From Hemiscyllium ocellatum (Eukaryota): 64,000 bases of DNA. The notes under the pieces are model-generated. The model was not told the DNA's origin. It did no database searches and worked only from the letters and a program-made list of their open reading frames with translations. Both the position numbers and the translations under genes were made by a program. Below are positions 1-13,163 of this stretch, one piece after another (position 1 is the stretch's first letter; each line of letters starts with the position of its first letter). Location: contig NW_026867501.1 in NCBI RefSeq assembly GCF_020745735.1, positions 248,001 to 312,000 of the forward strand, given 5' to 3'.

Positions 1-2686
1 GCGTGCAATATTGTGTCTAGTAGTGCAACAGCAGGAAATTGCCATTTGCAGAAAACAAATATGAATCATAGATCTTTCGCCAAGTAAGAAGCATTTCATT
101 TTTAATCAAGTCTTTATTTTCTAATAAGATTGCAATTATTGAAAGTCGAATTGTTACAAGAAAATACACGTATCATGTGAAGGAAAAAACAGGACTTAAG
201 TGTTGAAATATATGGATTTCTGAAAGTATGAATCAACATTGAACCGCTGGGTTTAGTTTTAGCTATATTTCTTTGCTGCAGAAATAAAAAGACGAATTTA
301 CCCTGAAAACTTCAGTTTCCCCGTACCTGAGGATCTAATCTTCGAACTAGGTCAGGGAAAACTAGAAGTTTCTTTTCCAACACTGCACTTGAATCGAATA
401 CGGTTTACCCCCATCCAGAACTGCCTACAAGTACTAGCGTTGATTCTAGATGTTTATTTGATCAACTAAATTCAAAGTCCACGTTTCTGTGTTCAAAATC
501 CAGACCATGAAGTCAAATTATTAATCCACCTGGGGTGAATTTCTGACCTTGTAATAATTCCCGATTTTCTGCAGTGAAGAGACAAATACAAGAATTGAGA
601 TCCCTCTTTGAATAATGTGAGGGAAACCATTTTTTCGAGAAAATCTCTAAATTTACAAGTTGTTGGCATGTTTTCCTGGATATTTATGTCTCATTCTTCT
701 TGCCATTATTCCCAACATTTCATGCTTCAGTTCAGATAAAAATAAACTGATTATTAATATCGAATTCAAACTGTAAGCTAATTCCACCACCCCAACCCCC
801 ATTTTTGATTAATTGCTCAAAAACATTTGCCAATTTAAGTGGCTTAAAGCAAGTAAAACGACCGAAGTCGCGATAATGTCATGACCTTCATTTACAACAA
901 AATTAACCTATATAGATAAGAACCGGATTCACTCTCTTTCTCGATGCTGCGAATTTAGCTGCAGTCGCTTCAATGTTAGTTTGACTTTTGAGGTGAGTTG
1001 ATTTTATTTCGTCCATTGTAACTGTTCCCATGCATGGAGTGCTTTGGAGTACTGGTTGAAATGAGAGAATCGGGGAAATTGGATATTCTACGCATTGTAG
1101 TTCCAGCGACATGGTAGAAGGATATTGATGTTCGGATAGAGTTTGTGAATAGATTTGCAGAGCGTTCATTTGACCGAAGCAGACAGGCATTGAGCAGAAG
1201 GGAAGTCTGCTGATGCAGGGAAAGTCAGAATATAGACAAAGAGAAACAACCGAAGAATGTCGACAAGCAAAAGTGATTGATGTGTGACCTTCATCAGATC
1301 TGAGCAATCAACCAATCTTATTTCTTCAGAAAACCCGCTGTGTTTCCCCATGAGTGAAATATGCCCCGATCTGAATTCACTGTTCTATATCGGATTTGAA
1401 CTCTCAATATATTTGTAGATTCAATTATTACTGTACAAATCTAGAAGGCGTGTCATGTGTCCCATATGCTCCTTGCTAATAATTATGTCCGTACTGCTTG
1501 GTGAGTCTATGTTTAAATGTTCATGAGTTATATTTTCTGACAGATGTTTGATAGATTGTGTTTTTTTGCAGGGACTAATAGCGAAGATGCAACATTCCAG
1601 GATCCGCACGAATTCGTAGTCCTGGAAGGACAGAACATAACGCTGAACTGCAGTAAGGCGACATCTTCTGTTCCAACTGTGTTTTGATACATTCAGCATC
1701 CTGGGGACACTGCGGGATATTTAGTGAAAGCATATGTTTCGGGGGGAAGGGAGAAACCTCCCAACATGTTCAAGACAGGTTCTCTCCTATTTTGTCCAAA
1801 GAAAACAACATGTTTCATTTCAAAGTCGCTCGAGTTCTTCTCTCCGACACCGCCGTGTCGTTTTGTGCTTTGGAACCTACACTGCTGTAAATACTTCAGT
1901 TGCTATACAGAAATGTACCTTGAGACTTCCAACTGATGTCCACGTGAGGGAGTTCCAGACCAATAAACTCAGTCAATAATACAACACCCAGGATGAGAAT
2001 CACAAAATCATTAATGAAATAAAAAAAAACACTCAACAAGATCATGCAAGAAAAATACAGGAGAAATCGCCTTAATTCTTAATTTAACTTGCAAAATTCA
2101 TTTTTAAATAAATTATTGCCTGCTACATTTATGCATGTTCTGTCATGTTATCGTTTTCATATACCTCTGAAATTTACTGTTCATTTACATTTGTTATTGA
2201 TTTACATTTCACAAAGTAAAACTTTGGTAATTCAGTCTCTAGCATGGACTTCCCTCAATTGTCATTGTTTTTTTTTCGATATTTGTTCATTGTGTGCTGA
2301 TGATATTCGTAAGCCAATGTTAACATCTAAAATGACTGTACAGTTGCTTCAAGCCCAACACAGACAGCATAAGCATTTCTGTTAGGAGGACATTATTGAC
2401 ACCTGAGCTTGATCTCGTTCAAAGGGAGCTAGTCCCCATCAGACAGATCTTACAACAACATCTTGTACACAACAATGTTCGTGCAGAGCATCCTGTAATA
2501 TTTTCAGAAGATTCCTCAGGAGGTGGATTAGCATGAAATTCCTTTAATTCCATACCTCTTACAGTGCAACAGCATCACTGGATTCCTCAAGCAATTCTGA
2601 TAGATAGCAGGAGGGGGAGGTGAGGGGGAAAACAATTTCTGATAGGTGATTCACGTAAAAAATTGAAGCATCTTATCTCTTTCATC
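1..2686 (+). repeat. Copy A of a near-identical direct repeat (copy B at 61316-64000), period ~61,315 bp
   Basis: Position 1 GCGTGCAATATTGTG matches 61316. ORF-track proteins 903-1307, 1166-1351, 1421-1699 and 2089-2385 are identical to 62218-62622, 62481-62666, 62736-63014 and 63403-63699. The offset changes from 61315 to 61314 across a G-run (6 G at 1741-1746 vs 5 G at 63056-63060). Confidence 0.97.
1455..1879 (+). pseudogene. TCR alpha/delta-type V pseudogene (leader exon 1455-1500, intron 1501-1571, V exon 1572-1879)
   Basis: Leader MCPICSLLIIMSVLL-G|GTGAGT and acceptor TTTTGCAG. V exon reads GTNSEDATFQDPHEFVVLEGQNITLNCSKATSSVPTVF*YIQHPG, with conserved Trp replaced by TGA at 1685-1687. 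There is a frameshift at the G-run, then QDRFSPILSKENNMFHFKVARVLLSDTAVSFCALEP. The RSS is degenerate: CACTGCT 1880-1886, then 20 nt, then ACAGAAATG. Confidence 0.9.
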
Positions 2687-2770
2687 AGGCCCAATTCGAT
2701 TAAAATGTGAAGGAAATCTCTCCCGAAGTGTGAACTGGAATGACTCATGTTGTCTACATTGCAGTGGAAT
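2508..2770 (+). pseudogene. Possible highly decayed V-segment relic
   Basis: After an acceptor-like TATTTTCAG come LQCNSITGFLKQF** (C23, then WY as TGA TAG), GGKQFLI and, with several indels, an ELE-DS-VY-C-like FR3. Stitching needs multiple frameshifts. Confidence 0.3.
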
Positions 2771-4309
2771 AATGTGATCTGATAGTCATCCGAAATACAA
2801 TGGATACCACAAGAAATAACACAGTGAGCCCCTGATGTAGAACAGATGAGCAATCTATTAGCATTTTTCTGGAGATGTGTTGCCTCTGAAAGTCTTACAT
2901 GAAGCATATTAATGTGCTAGTTATATCTAGACATGATATTACCAACCATTCTTATGTTCCTTCAATTGTGGGAAAGATCATGGAAAAATAAACGAATGAG
3001 GATGAAGATCTAACAGGGAGCACACATCTCATGTATGGTGACAGACAATTGCCCAGTTAGAGCTGTTTCTGTTCATTAACAGACAGATAATCAATTACTG
3101 CTCTGAGAACAGGTCGATAAATACCCAAAAGAACTAGATAAGAGCATCCGAAGAAACAAAATCAGATAATTCATTGCGAAGATGAAAAGGGATGTCTTCA
3201 TATCCTAGCCAGCCCTTTTACATCACGTGCAGGGAAGGTTTTATTACTCAACATTTCCTTTGACTATAGTGTATTCCTGGCAGTTCAGAGTTAACAAAGC
3301 ATAAAAAGCCCCTCACTTTTTTATTCATTTTCGTTCAAACATGTTGTTTTTCTTTAAATCGGAGCCTTGGCTATTCTGTCACCCAGCTGTTCTATTCAAT
3401 CCAAAAACAGGAATTGTTAGAAAAGCTATTATGTGTGGCAGTTTCTGTGAAGAGAAATCAGAATTAACCCTCCCGTTCTGGTGACCCTTCACCGGAATTG
3501 ATGCTAGCTAGTAAAATGTCGGATTTTATGCAGAAGCTATGGTGGGGGGAGTGGTTAACGTCTAAATAGTAGATGGGCATAGAACCAACCGAGAGGGCGA
3601 TCTGTTGGAAAGACAAAAGAATGGCTAACGATCTGGATATGAGGATTAATACCCGTTAATGAGACAGTTACTGACAAACAATAGGTAGTGTGCAATCGTA
3701 GAATAAACAATAATAATGCCTGTGTGCGGTAAGGGGCTCGGACATAGGAAATTTCAATTGAACTCAATAATGAGTCAAGGGAGCTACGAATTCTCCAAGC
3801 AGAAAACAGGGTGTTGTGCTCACCACTTGCACTGAGTTTCACTGGTGCATTGCAGCAACCCTGAGACAAGAATGTTGGCAAAGAACAGGGCGGTGTACTT
3901 GCTATACATGAATGTAAAATGTTGAGTTGTAGTGTATTGCACCCATTTGCAAAAAGCAGCAAGATTATATTCTCCCTGCTATTTTGAACAAGTGGAGAAC
4001 AGTGGTTTATTAGATTATTGACTTGTGATTGGATTGGATTGCATTGCCTGAATATTAATCAGATAAACTATTCAAAATTAGTTTCTATTTCAATGCTGGA
4101 AACTGCAATTCAATGTTTTTGGTGTAAGATGGAATAATCTGTTATCATTGTGTTCGACATTTCCATGCACAAATTTCATGATTATTACGAAGAAAGTTAT
4201 TGCAGAGCTGTCTTCATTTTAAACAATAGAATGACATATAGTGATTAATCAAGACAGTTCAATATTATGCTTAAATTTACCACAACTACATTGTTTGAGA
4301 ATGGCGATA

Positions 4310-5170
4310 CTATTACGGTTATCATACCATTAGGCAGATGGTGTGGACTCTCTTGGTGCACCACTATTTATTTTGCAGGGATAGCAGTGAGTGATTTAAC
4401 GTGATTGGGTGCATCCTGAATTGGATCTGTGGTATTGACTTTTGGTACAGTGCTCGGTCCACGACCTCCGCCTATGAACACAACACAGTGATCATCTATT
4501 CCAGGCGAAATTGCCCTGCCTGGCTGATTGTGCTATTCACTATCGACCATTTCGTGGTGATGTGTTGCCAGAATGAGAAGAGAAGATATTGCATCATTAA
4601 ACCTGTCTCGCTGTTCATCGGAGTGGGTTGTTTCCTGACCTGCATCCTTAGCCTCCCTTCCTATTTTGAAGACTGACTCTTGTACAAAGTAGACAGAATT
4701 ACCTCATTCTGAGACTTCATAGACACATGGAAAAAAACTAACCTTCATGGAGGATCTATGAATGGCTGAATCACGTCTTGACGCGTATTCTCTCGATCCT
4801 CCCCATTCCACTGCTCAATCTCTCGACAGTCAGATACGTCTTGGTGGCCAGTTATACCTGAATGAGACACTATGTTGAGGGAAACCATGGTGACCCAGAG
4901 ATGGCCACCCACAACTGATCCATTTTACTGTGCTTCACCATTTCGCTCAGCTTCATCTTCTTTGGAACATCAATGCCATGCTCTCCCTCTATGTTTGGTT
5001 AGGGCGAGTCCTACTTTAGAGACTTGGATTTCACAGACCCACAATTTCTGCTTCAACAATCGAATAACAAGCTGCAGAGACAACAAAATCTTCATTTGAG
5101 CAATATCCCAGTAGTTTCAAGGCAAACTCAAGAACTTGCTGGTGTCTTCTATCACATGTCTGGCCAGTTA
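4310..5170 (+). pseudogene. Degraded class A GPCR, GPR139/GPR142-like (shark-expanded family), main coding exon
   Basis: Fragments include GRWCGLSWCTT, WLIVLFTIDHFVVMCCQNEKRRYC (the FDRFVAICC motif), LLNLSTVRYVLVAS and DPEM...SILLCFTISLSF. There are stops and frameshifts. Family assignment is from recalled motif similarity only. Confidence 0.7.
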
Positions 5171-8100
5171 CGAATAATCTTGTTATGTTGTTTTCCTTCC
5201 ATCAGAGAGGATCCGTATGTCGCACTCTCTCCACCCCCATCCCCCACCACCACCCACGATGGACCCACGTCTCTCCCTCTGTCTCTCTCTGCCTGTCTCT
5301 CTATATCTCGATAGCTCTCTTAAAGTTGACTAACGTTTGTGTGTTCTTGCTTCTCTAATGGAGATATGAACAATACATTCCACAGCCTTGATACCCGTGT
5401 TCGCTAAAACGAACGGATTATGAAAAAAAACGCAAATTGTATGCCGAAGATAGATATGCTAAAACAAGGCCCGTGCCTGTTATCATTAATGCAGATTTCC
5501 AATGATCCGGCTCATTTCACTTGATATCACCACTTCCTGTCCTTTCTTCTCAGTCACCATTCTTGGGTGACTCAATACCTGATTCGCTCTCATTTACGTC
5601 TCAGGGTTGTTGTATTGATATAATTGAATCTGCCACTTTGTTCGGGTCCTCATGAACATGCCTCAACAATGATCCCGATAGTTTTTGTCATTTCTCTGGA
5701 TTGTAGAATCGTGCCATTAGTGATTACGTCCCAATTTAGTTTAAGTGTTTCACAGTCCCAGCAGTTCCAGCCCATTTCGCACGAACCACCAAACCCCAAA
5801 CACACCTGAAGTCGTGCTTTACATTTTCCTTTCCACAAAAAGGTCAAGATTATTTTCGTGATTCTTTTAGTTTCTGTTTCGTTTAATATTGTACAAAGTA
5901 ATCAGAAACGAGGCTTTACTTCCATTTTACATCATTAAGTCACATTTGCCAGTTCCTGGTTGTCAGTTATCTCGTCTTCGGCTGTGAATATCCATAAGGA
6001 TAAATGCGCCACCTTGTGGTAGATTTGGATCAATTAGGTGTGTCGCCTTTCCATCACTGAATGTACTATATCTGTGATTCATTCTTCAGTGAAAGATATG
6101 TTATCATGAGGATAGTTTGCCCCCCTCCATGGTAAATATTGTAGACCCTGAATTATAAGTTGTTTGTTTTGAAAAATGCTAAATAAGATAAAAAATATAT
6201 AATGTTTTTGGAATTTTGAGAATTCAATATCTCTGATAAATTCGTTGCGTATTGTTCGTACTGAAATTGTGCTTCTAATCACAGAAACTCCAAAATCCAA
6301 ATTGTATGAAAATGGAATGCAAAGGTTGACTTGAACTTGTATCTTCAATTTGTCATGGACAGCCACTGAAATGGAAATGACAACATTGTTTTCTCCCCAG
6401 GATCGTTATTGTTGAATTTCGCCAGCAAAAAGTGCTTTAGTTCAGATCTCCAGTTCATTGTTTTATTGTTTTAGTGTAATCAGTGATAGGAAATGTAATA
6501 AACGCTTGTTCTGATAATGTCATTGAAAGATTCTGCAATTGAAATATTGCTTTCGAAAGCTTTCGACAATTCGATGAGCTGCACGACGTTAATGATTTCT
6601 AAGTTGCATTTGAAGCACAGGACACTTTTTTTCCTGCACGTCAGACATGCAATTGAATATGGTTTCACCATCGAAGAGGAATCCCAGCCATTTTGTTAGT
6701 TTTCTAGCTGACGTCAGTCACAACAATGGTCAGATATGGAGACTCGCAGAAAACAGATGCATTTAACAATCATAGACGCCCTACAGCGAGAGGCAGACCA
6801 TGTGGCTCTTCTTGGCCATAACAATCCTCCGAAGAGCATTTCTACCAGACCCACTCCGTCTGTCCTTAATCCTGTATTTTCAGTGGCTCGTGCTATTCAC
6901 CAAGACTGCACAACCCCGGGCTCTACGGGCAATATGGCATGGCTAATACACCCAACAGGCATAATTTGGTCTGTGGAAGAAGACAAGTGCATTTGAAGGA
7001 AATCTAGAGAGACACGGAGAAATTAATCAAACTTCACGGTCGGTCGTCAGAGGATAGAGTCGATTCTTGATTCTTTTAATGACCGAGTCAGCATGCCGCC
7101 CAACAGCAACATTTTTATGTGAACAGTTACGTTGGTGGTAATGTCTATCTTTAATCAGAGAGGTTTATTCTGAGACTCTTATATTATCAGAACTGAGCTG
7201 GACATGTTTGTCTCTGTGTCGATCGCTGAAATTCATAACAGCCAAATCACATAATCCCTACAATGAGGAAACAAGCCCTTTGACCCAGCAACTACACTTG
7301 ATCCTCCAAAGAAGGACCCATCCATACCATTCAACTACTGTACAGTATTTACGGGAATGGGTTGTCAATAGCAATGACAGTTACTTAAGAAAATGATTCA
7401 TGGCTGACAATAAAAGTGCCACAGTGAAAAAGAATGATACTAGTAAGGAGTTGAGCCAACCATTCTTTACGCAAAAACTTAAAGAGAGGTTAAGAGGCAA
7501 GTGCAGGGATTGGGGATTCTTTTTTAATTACAATGGAAGATGGAGTTCTACACCAAGAATCAAACAAAATCTCATCTGCTTGTTTAACAAGGTAGTGACC
7601 TTTCAGTATACACTTAATGAGTTGAATATGGAGGGTGGGGGGGGGGGGGGCGGAGAAATATACAGACAGATAAGAAATACAGAGAGGGAGAGAGCGACAG
7701 ACAGACAACAGAGAGAGAAAGAGAGAGAGAGAAACCAAACCAGCGATGTTTGTCACGTCTCAGATATAGGGCACCATTTAAAACAGCATTACGAGAGTTC
7801 CATGTAGTCAATACATACTAACAATGGTTTCTCTGGTATCTCAATGCAATGGTCAACTATTTACTCGCCAGTTTTCGTGCAGTGAGGTTTCTTGGGGTGA
7901 AGTTATCACCAGGAATATTCACATTATACTTACTTTAAAAGTTACAGCGGTCTTGTAAAGTTATTAGTTATTTATCAGAATTGCAGGCTTTCAGGTTAAT
8001 CCGATGTTTTTAGATTTATTGTGTCAACAAATTCCTCCAACGATCCCTCCGCATCATCTTCGAAACTCACACACTCTCCAATTCAGGACAAAGACATCAA

Positions 8101-9109
8101 AGTTACCTGAGCAACAGAAGCTTCAAAATCCTGGCCAAAGCATACATACCATTCCGAGTTTGAACTTCATAACGATTATTGCACATCCGCCGATTGAAAA
8201 TCCTAGCCATCCCTTCTTAATATCATTGGCGTGCACACTCACTAGACTGAAAGTCGGTGGCATCGTGGTAACGTCAGCTGCTCAGATTATGTCTTACTGT
8301 TCATGAATCCCATCATTCCATCTGGAGGTATTTGGGCCTGAACTTCTCATAATATGCAGTTAGAACCTTGTGCCTGGAAATACCAAGATTTCCAGTTCAT
8401 TGGTGTGTTTTGAACAATATATTGTGTCACTTCAGTGAATTCGTTGGTCTGTTAATCAAACACTCGTGCAATGAAGGCAAATTTGGAAAATCCAACTGAT
8501 TCCCTCATCCAAACATCGATAAAGGGTAGTTGGCCAAATGTTAAATGAACAATTCCTTGAATATTTTAGCGAGTTAGACATATGTTTAATTAATAAGAGA
8601 GCCAAGGGATATAATAGTAAGGCAGTAAATGGATATTAAGATCATTAAATCATCCATAATGCCAGTGAAAAGCAGAGATCCAATTGGACTTAATGTCCAA
8701 TATCTTGCCCATACATCCTATACTTAATTGCTTTCTAACGGTTATTGATGAAATTCTGGTTGATGTTTATAGACTTAGAAAGTTAACACTTTATGTGCCC
8801 ACACAGTCACTGGAAACTGATTACACATGCATGTGAATAATCTTCATGCCACTGCTGCCTTCTAGTGGCAGCCAGTTATAATTGCGTTCAGAGAAATTGC
8901 ACAATTTCGCGTCATACAGTCACAGAGATGTACAGAACTGAAAGCGATCTTTTGGTTCAATTCGTCCATGCTTTCCAGATATCCCAAACAAATCTAGATC
9001 CAGCTCGGCGAACAGAACCACTACAACAAGCACCCGAGCTACAAATCTTCGCACAAACTTTGAAATCTAGATCCATTTGAAAGAATTTTGCGCATATCAA
9101 TCTAAACCC

Positions 9110-9445
9110 TTCCTATTCATATTCATTCAGATTCTTTTTGAATTTTGTCATTGTACCAGCCTCAAACACTTCCTTCAGAAGTTCATTCCATACGTCTGCA
9201 ATACCCCTCGTGGAAAAGTTGCCTCTTAAATCCCTTTGAAGTCTTTCTCCTCTCACCTTAAACCTATGCCCTCTATGACTGGGCTCCTCCCTCCCGGAGA
9301 AGCAATCTGGTCTGATCGCCCTATCCATGATCCTCATGATTTTATGAACTTCTAAAACGGAACCCCTCCGCCTCCAAAGCTTCAAGAAAACAGTTCCAGC
9401 CTGTTCAGCCTCTCACTACAGCTCAACTCTGGCAGAATTCTTGTA
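9110..9445 (-). mobile_element. CR1 LINE 3' fragment
   Basis: ORF 9113-9385 (-) ...HRGHRFKVRGERLQRDLRGNFSTRGIADVWNEL... is the typical CR1 ORF2 C-terminus. Boundaries are approximate. Confidence 0.85.
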
Positions 9446-9551
9446 AATCTTTCGGCAATATGTTCAGCTTTAAGACAGATGTAACTAATGTAGTCATTAA
9501 TTGTATGGGCATTAATTCTTCATTGTTGTAATGATCTTTATATCTATTTAG

Positions 9552-9832
9552 CAATCGAAATGACTTCAACGAACAAAGTATAATGCAAAAGTGGAGAGAA
9601 TGGCTGCAGTGGAGTTGAACAGGGTGCAATTACAAAAGAATGTTTTCATCATCGCACAGTTAGCACAAAAATTATAGGCTGCTCAGACTGTTTGTGTTGT
9701 GCTATTCTATGACTGACTATGACCGCAAGTTGCTTCTCTTGATTGAATCAACAAGAAGTTACGCCACTATCGTTGTTGGTGGTCCTGAGTTATCACACAG
9801 TGACGTGTACCACTGTACAAATGGTGTACTGA
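9552..9832 (+). pseudogene. TCR V pseudogene, disrupted by LINE insertions on both sides
   Basis: Acceptor TCTATTTAG, then AAVELN-CNYK (C23 at 9625), S*HKNY (WY as TAG CAC), RLFVL, and STRSYATIVVGGPELSHSDVYHC (ELSDSAVYYC-like, Cys at 9814). Heptamer-like CACAAAG at 9833, with a spacer ending in CTGT. The nonamer is lost near the adjacent LINE end. Confidence 0.7.
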
Positions 9833-9869
9833 CACAAAGACAGAGCACTCCTATAGACTGTGAATTTCT

Positions 9870-11290
9870 TTTAATAATTCTTTATTCACATGTGAGACTT
9901 GGCGTCACTGGCTGGCCAGTATTGATAGATCGTCCCTATTTGACCTTGAAAAGGTGGTGATGAGCTACCTTCTGAAATCGCTGCAGTACACTTGCAGTAG
10001 GATAACCTACAATGCTGGTAGGGAGGAAATTCCAAGAGTTTGACCTAACGACTGTGAAGGACCAAGTCCGAGTGATAAGTGGCTTGGAGGGGAACTTGCA
10101 GTTGATGTTGTTCCCAAGTACCTGCTGCCCTTGTCCATCTACATGGACATGCTTGTGGGTTTTCTAGTTGCTTTCTTAGAATGCAGGGTGTAGTTCTGCA
10201 GTGCATCTTGTAAATGGTACATACTGCTGCAACTGCGCATCAGTGGTGGAGGGATTCAATATTTGTATATGTAGTACCAATCAAGTGGGTTGCTTTATCC
10301 TGGATGGTGTCAAGCTTGTTGAGTGTTGATACAGCCGCACGCATCCAGGCAAGAGTGGATTTTTCCATCATACTCGTGACTTGTGCCTTTTAGTTATTGT
10401 ATCGACCTTGAGGTGTCAGAAGGTGAGTTACTTGTCGCAGTATCCCTAGTTTCTGACCTGCTGTTGCGGCCATTGTGTTCATGCGGTGAGTCCAATTGAA
10501 TTTCTGCACAATGGCAACCAAGGATGTTGCCAGTGGGGAGTTCTGTGATGGTAGTACCGTTGAACGTCAAGGGGCGTGTTTAGAGTGTCTCTAATAGTTG
10601 ATGATCATTGTCTGCCACTTGTGTGGCGCGAATGTTACTTGCTATTTGTCGATCCAAGCATAGATATTGTGTAGATTGTGTTGCATTTGAGCCCGGACTG
10701 CTTCAGTGCCTGAAGAGTTGCGAATGATGCTGAACACCATGCGATCATCAGCGACCATTCCCACTTCTGAACTTATCACAGATCGTCGATCTGTCGATGA
10801 ACCAGCTAAAGATTGTTAGGTCTAGGACATTCCCCTGAGGGTCTGCTGCAGAGATGTCCTGGAACTGAGATTTCTGACCCTCCACAACCACAACTATCTT
10901 CCTTTCTGCCAGGTGTGTCTGTAACCAGTGGCGTCTTTGCCCGCTGATATCAAATGATTCCAGTTTTGTTAGGGCTCCTTGATGCTCGACTCTGTAAAAC
11001 GCGGCCTTGATGTCACGGGCTGTCACTTTCCCCTCATGACTGGAATTTAGCTCTTTCATCCATGTTTGAACCAAGGCTGTAATGAAATCTGGAGCTGAGT
11101 GACCCTGGTGAAAGCCAAATTGTTTGACACTGAGAACGCGGTTGCTGAGAAAGTGCTGTTAGATCGCATTGGTGATGACCTCTTCCATCACTTTACTGAT
11201 GATGGAGAGGCGACTGTTTGGATGGTAATTGGCCAGGTTGGATTTATCCTTCTTTGTTGTGTACAGGACATACCTGTGCAATTTTCGACA
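9870..11290 (-). mobile_element. Non-LTR retrotransposon (L2/CR1 group) RT and 3' region, degraded
   Basis: ORF 10748-11074: VQTWMKELNS...DIKAAFYRVEHQGALTKLES...PQGNVLDLTIFSWFID, containing RT motifs. Boundaries are approximate. Confidence 0.8.
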
Positions 11291-12237
11291 TTGTCGTGTA
11301 GCTGCTGATCAGACACTCCCATGACTGCTCATGACATTCATCAACAGACTACACATCTTCTGTAACGAAAGAGTTATTCTGACTGTGCAGAATCTAGTAA
11401 CACCTGCAGGGTGCCAAGTTCTATGTACATCCCCTATTCTGCAGAAGCAGATTACACTTGATTCGATCACGCAGAGTCAAGAATATTTCTTTTATGACTC
11501 ACTTTCGAACTAGCAACCTGTCCTTTTTTCTCAGATGTCAGCAGTGGGAGATGAGGAACTCATTAGTCTTTACACGACTTATATATCCAGATCAGGCATT
11601 TCCACAGAGGATGGAAAATGCTCATTTACGCCCTGCCACCAGAAGAAATGTCATGTGACTGAGGCTTTCATCGCTGGCTCTGACTCATTAATTAATCGAT
11701 ACAAAATGTCTTTCACTGTTTACCGCTGTTCAGATGTGAGCTCGATCCCGATTTCTTAATGGTATTTTAACGAAGACTGCATTGTCCTGAACCACTCAAA
11801 TCTATGATTCACCGTTCAGGGGCTCCAAATATGGAGGTACAAGGGCAGCAGTCAATAACCCGCAACGCGTTTGACATTGTTCAAGTTACCAGAGTGATTG
11901 ATTATTACAATCACGTGGCAAGTTATTGCCTCTCAAACGGAATGCTGCAATCCCCTTTTTCGGTGGAGAATTTTGTTTAACCTAAACTGGTTCATGTATT
12001 TTCTACACCACATCATCACTGAAACAGTGAAACACCATGGGACATTTCAAAAGACATAAAATAAATTATTTCGTTCTCATTCATTGAACTAACAGCACTA
12101 GTTCGTTTCAATAAACGGTTAAGGTTTTATGTTAAATGCGATGCATGAGATATCACCGTGAATTCGCCAGCCTCTTCAGATCCGTTTCTGATCTCACTGC
12201 TCCCTTTACGAATCGTCAGGTTTAGTTGCTCTCTGAG

Positions 12238-12276
12238 AGTTTTTGTAAGGACACAACCCAGTTCTGAATCTCTGTG
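12238..12276 (-). other. 23-bp-spacer RSS of the 12.5-kb V
   Basis: Minus strand: CACAGAG, 23 nt (attcagaactgggttgtgtcctt), ACAAAAACT. Confidence 0.93.
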
Positions 12277-12711
12277 GGGCTCAGTGCGCAGAAATACATC
12301 GCGAAGTCTGTCAGTTCTGCTGTCAACACTTTCAGCTGGATAGTGCGTTTCACATGATCAAACTCCGAGGAAAACCGGTCTTCTGGATGATTCTCTGTGT
12401 TCGTGATATATTGGTTTCTGTTTAGCAGATACTCCATGGAGCCGTTGGAATGCTGACGGTACCAGAACAGATAAGGATTGCTATTTGATGTAGCTGTGTA
12501 ATTACAGAATAACAGGACATCATCCGCCTCGTTCACTGTGACTGCGGCCGGTGATTGTGACACAGAATCTGCACGACAAACTCCTGTCATAAAATAGGAG
12601 TGAGAATAAATTTTAGAAGTTACTTCGTTACACTTATAGCATAGAATTAGCCCATTCACCTCGAACAATAAACAGAGGAATAAGAGACAGGGAAGATGAA
12701 CAAGAATCCAT
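12277..12711 (-). CDS. Intact conventional TCR alpha/delta V segment (leader 12711-12660, 76-nt intron, V exon 12583-12277)
   Basis: Phase-1 leader MDSCSSSLSLIPLFIVR-G|GTGAAT and acceptor TTTATGACAG. V exon reads GVCRADSVSQSPAAVTVNEADDVLLFCNYTATSNSNPYLFWYRQ...LTDFAMYFCALSP, with C23, W41 and C104 intact. Confidence 0.93.
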
Positions 12712-13111
12712 TTCATACAACTCAGCCATTGCGACAGGCAAGGGCTTCAACAGATGTAATAAAACATCCTTGAAGGCATGGGCCACACCTTTTAAAGAGG
12801 TGAATTCCCATTTTAACTCCCGACATAAAAGGTAAAACTAAAATAAGTCGGTGAGTTTAAAAGTCCGGCCTTTGTCTATTCATCTCAACCTCAGTCCGGT
12901 CTGAAGTCCCAGCTTAACTCTTCCATGTTAGTTCACGCAGACGGGTTCGCTAATTTCTCCTAAACTGTGCTCAGTGTTGGTACAAGTATAGATCTAGATT
13001 TTTTCAATATCGGGACAATGTGTTGCTACTTCTGTGATGCTAGAATTGTTAGAGTACATATAATTCCCAACAAAGCGTTGAAGCATAAAGTTCCACAAGT
13101 TGTGCACCTAC

Positions 13112-13163
13112 CAGTTAGAACAGCTGCAGCTGTGAGAAGTAAACACAGAGCTTTGGGCGACAT
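13112..13163 (-). CDS. Leader-peptide exon (orphan, or alternative leader of the 12.5-kb V)
   Basis: ATG...MSPKALCLLLTAAAVLT-G|GTAGGT: hydrophobic, phase 1, strong donor. I see no V exon between it and 12583. Confidence 0.6.

Noticed and set aside
903-1307. 134-aa ORF present twice
   Set aside because: Antisense to a V promoter region with no recognizable motif. It recurs only because of the duplication.
2820-2858. Isolated CACAGTG
   Set aside because: No acceptable nonamer at 12 or 23 nt and no clear coding end attached.
7400-7807. 135-aa ORF with G-run and AG repeats
   Set aside because: Low-complexity microsatellite sequence with no homology signal.
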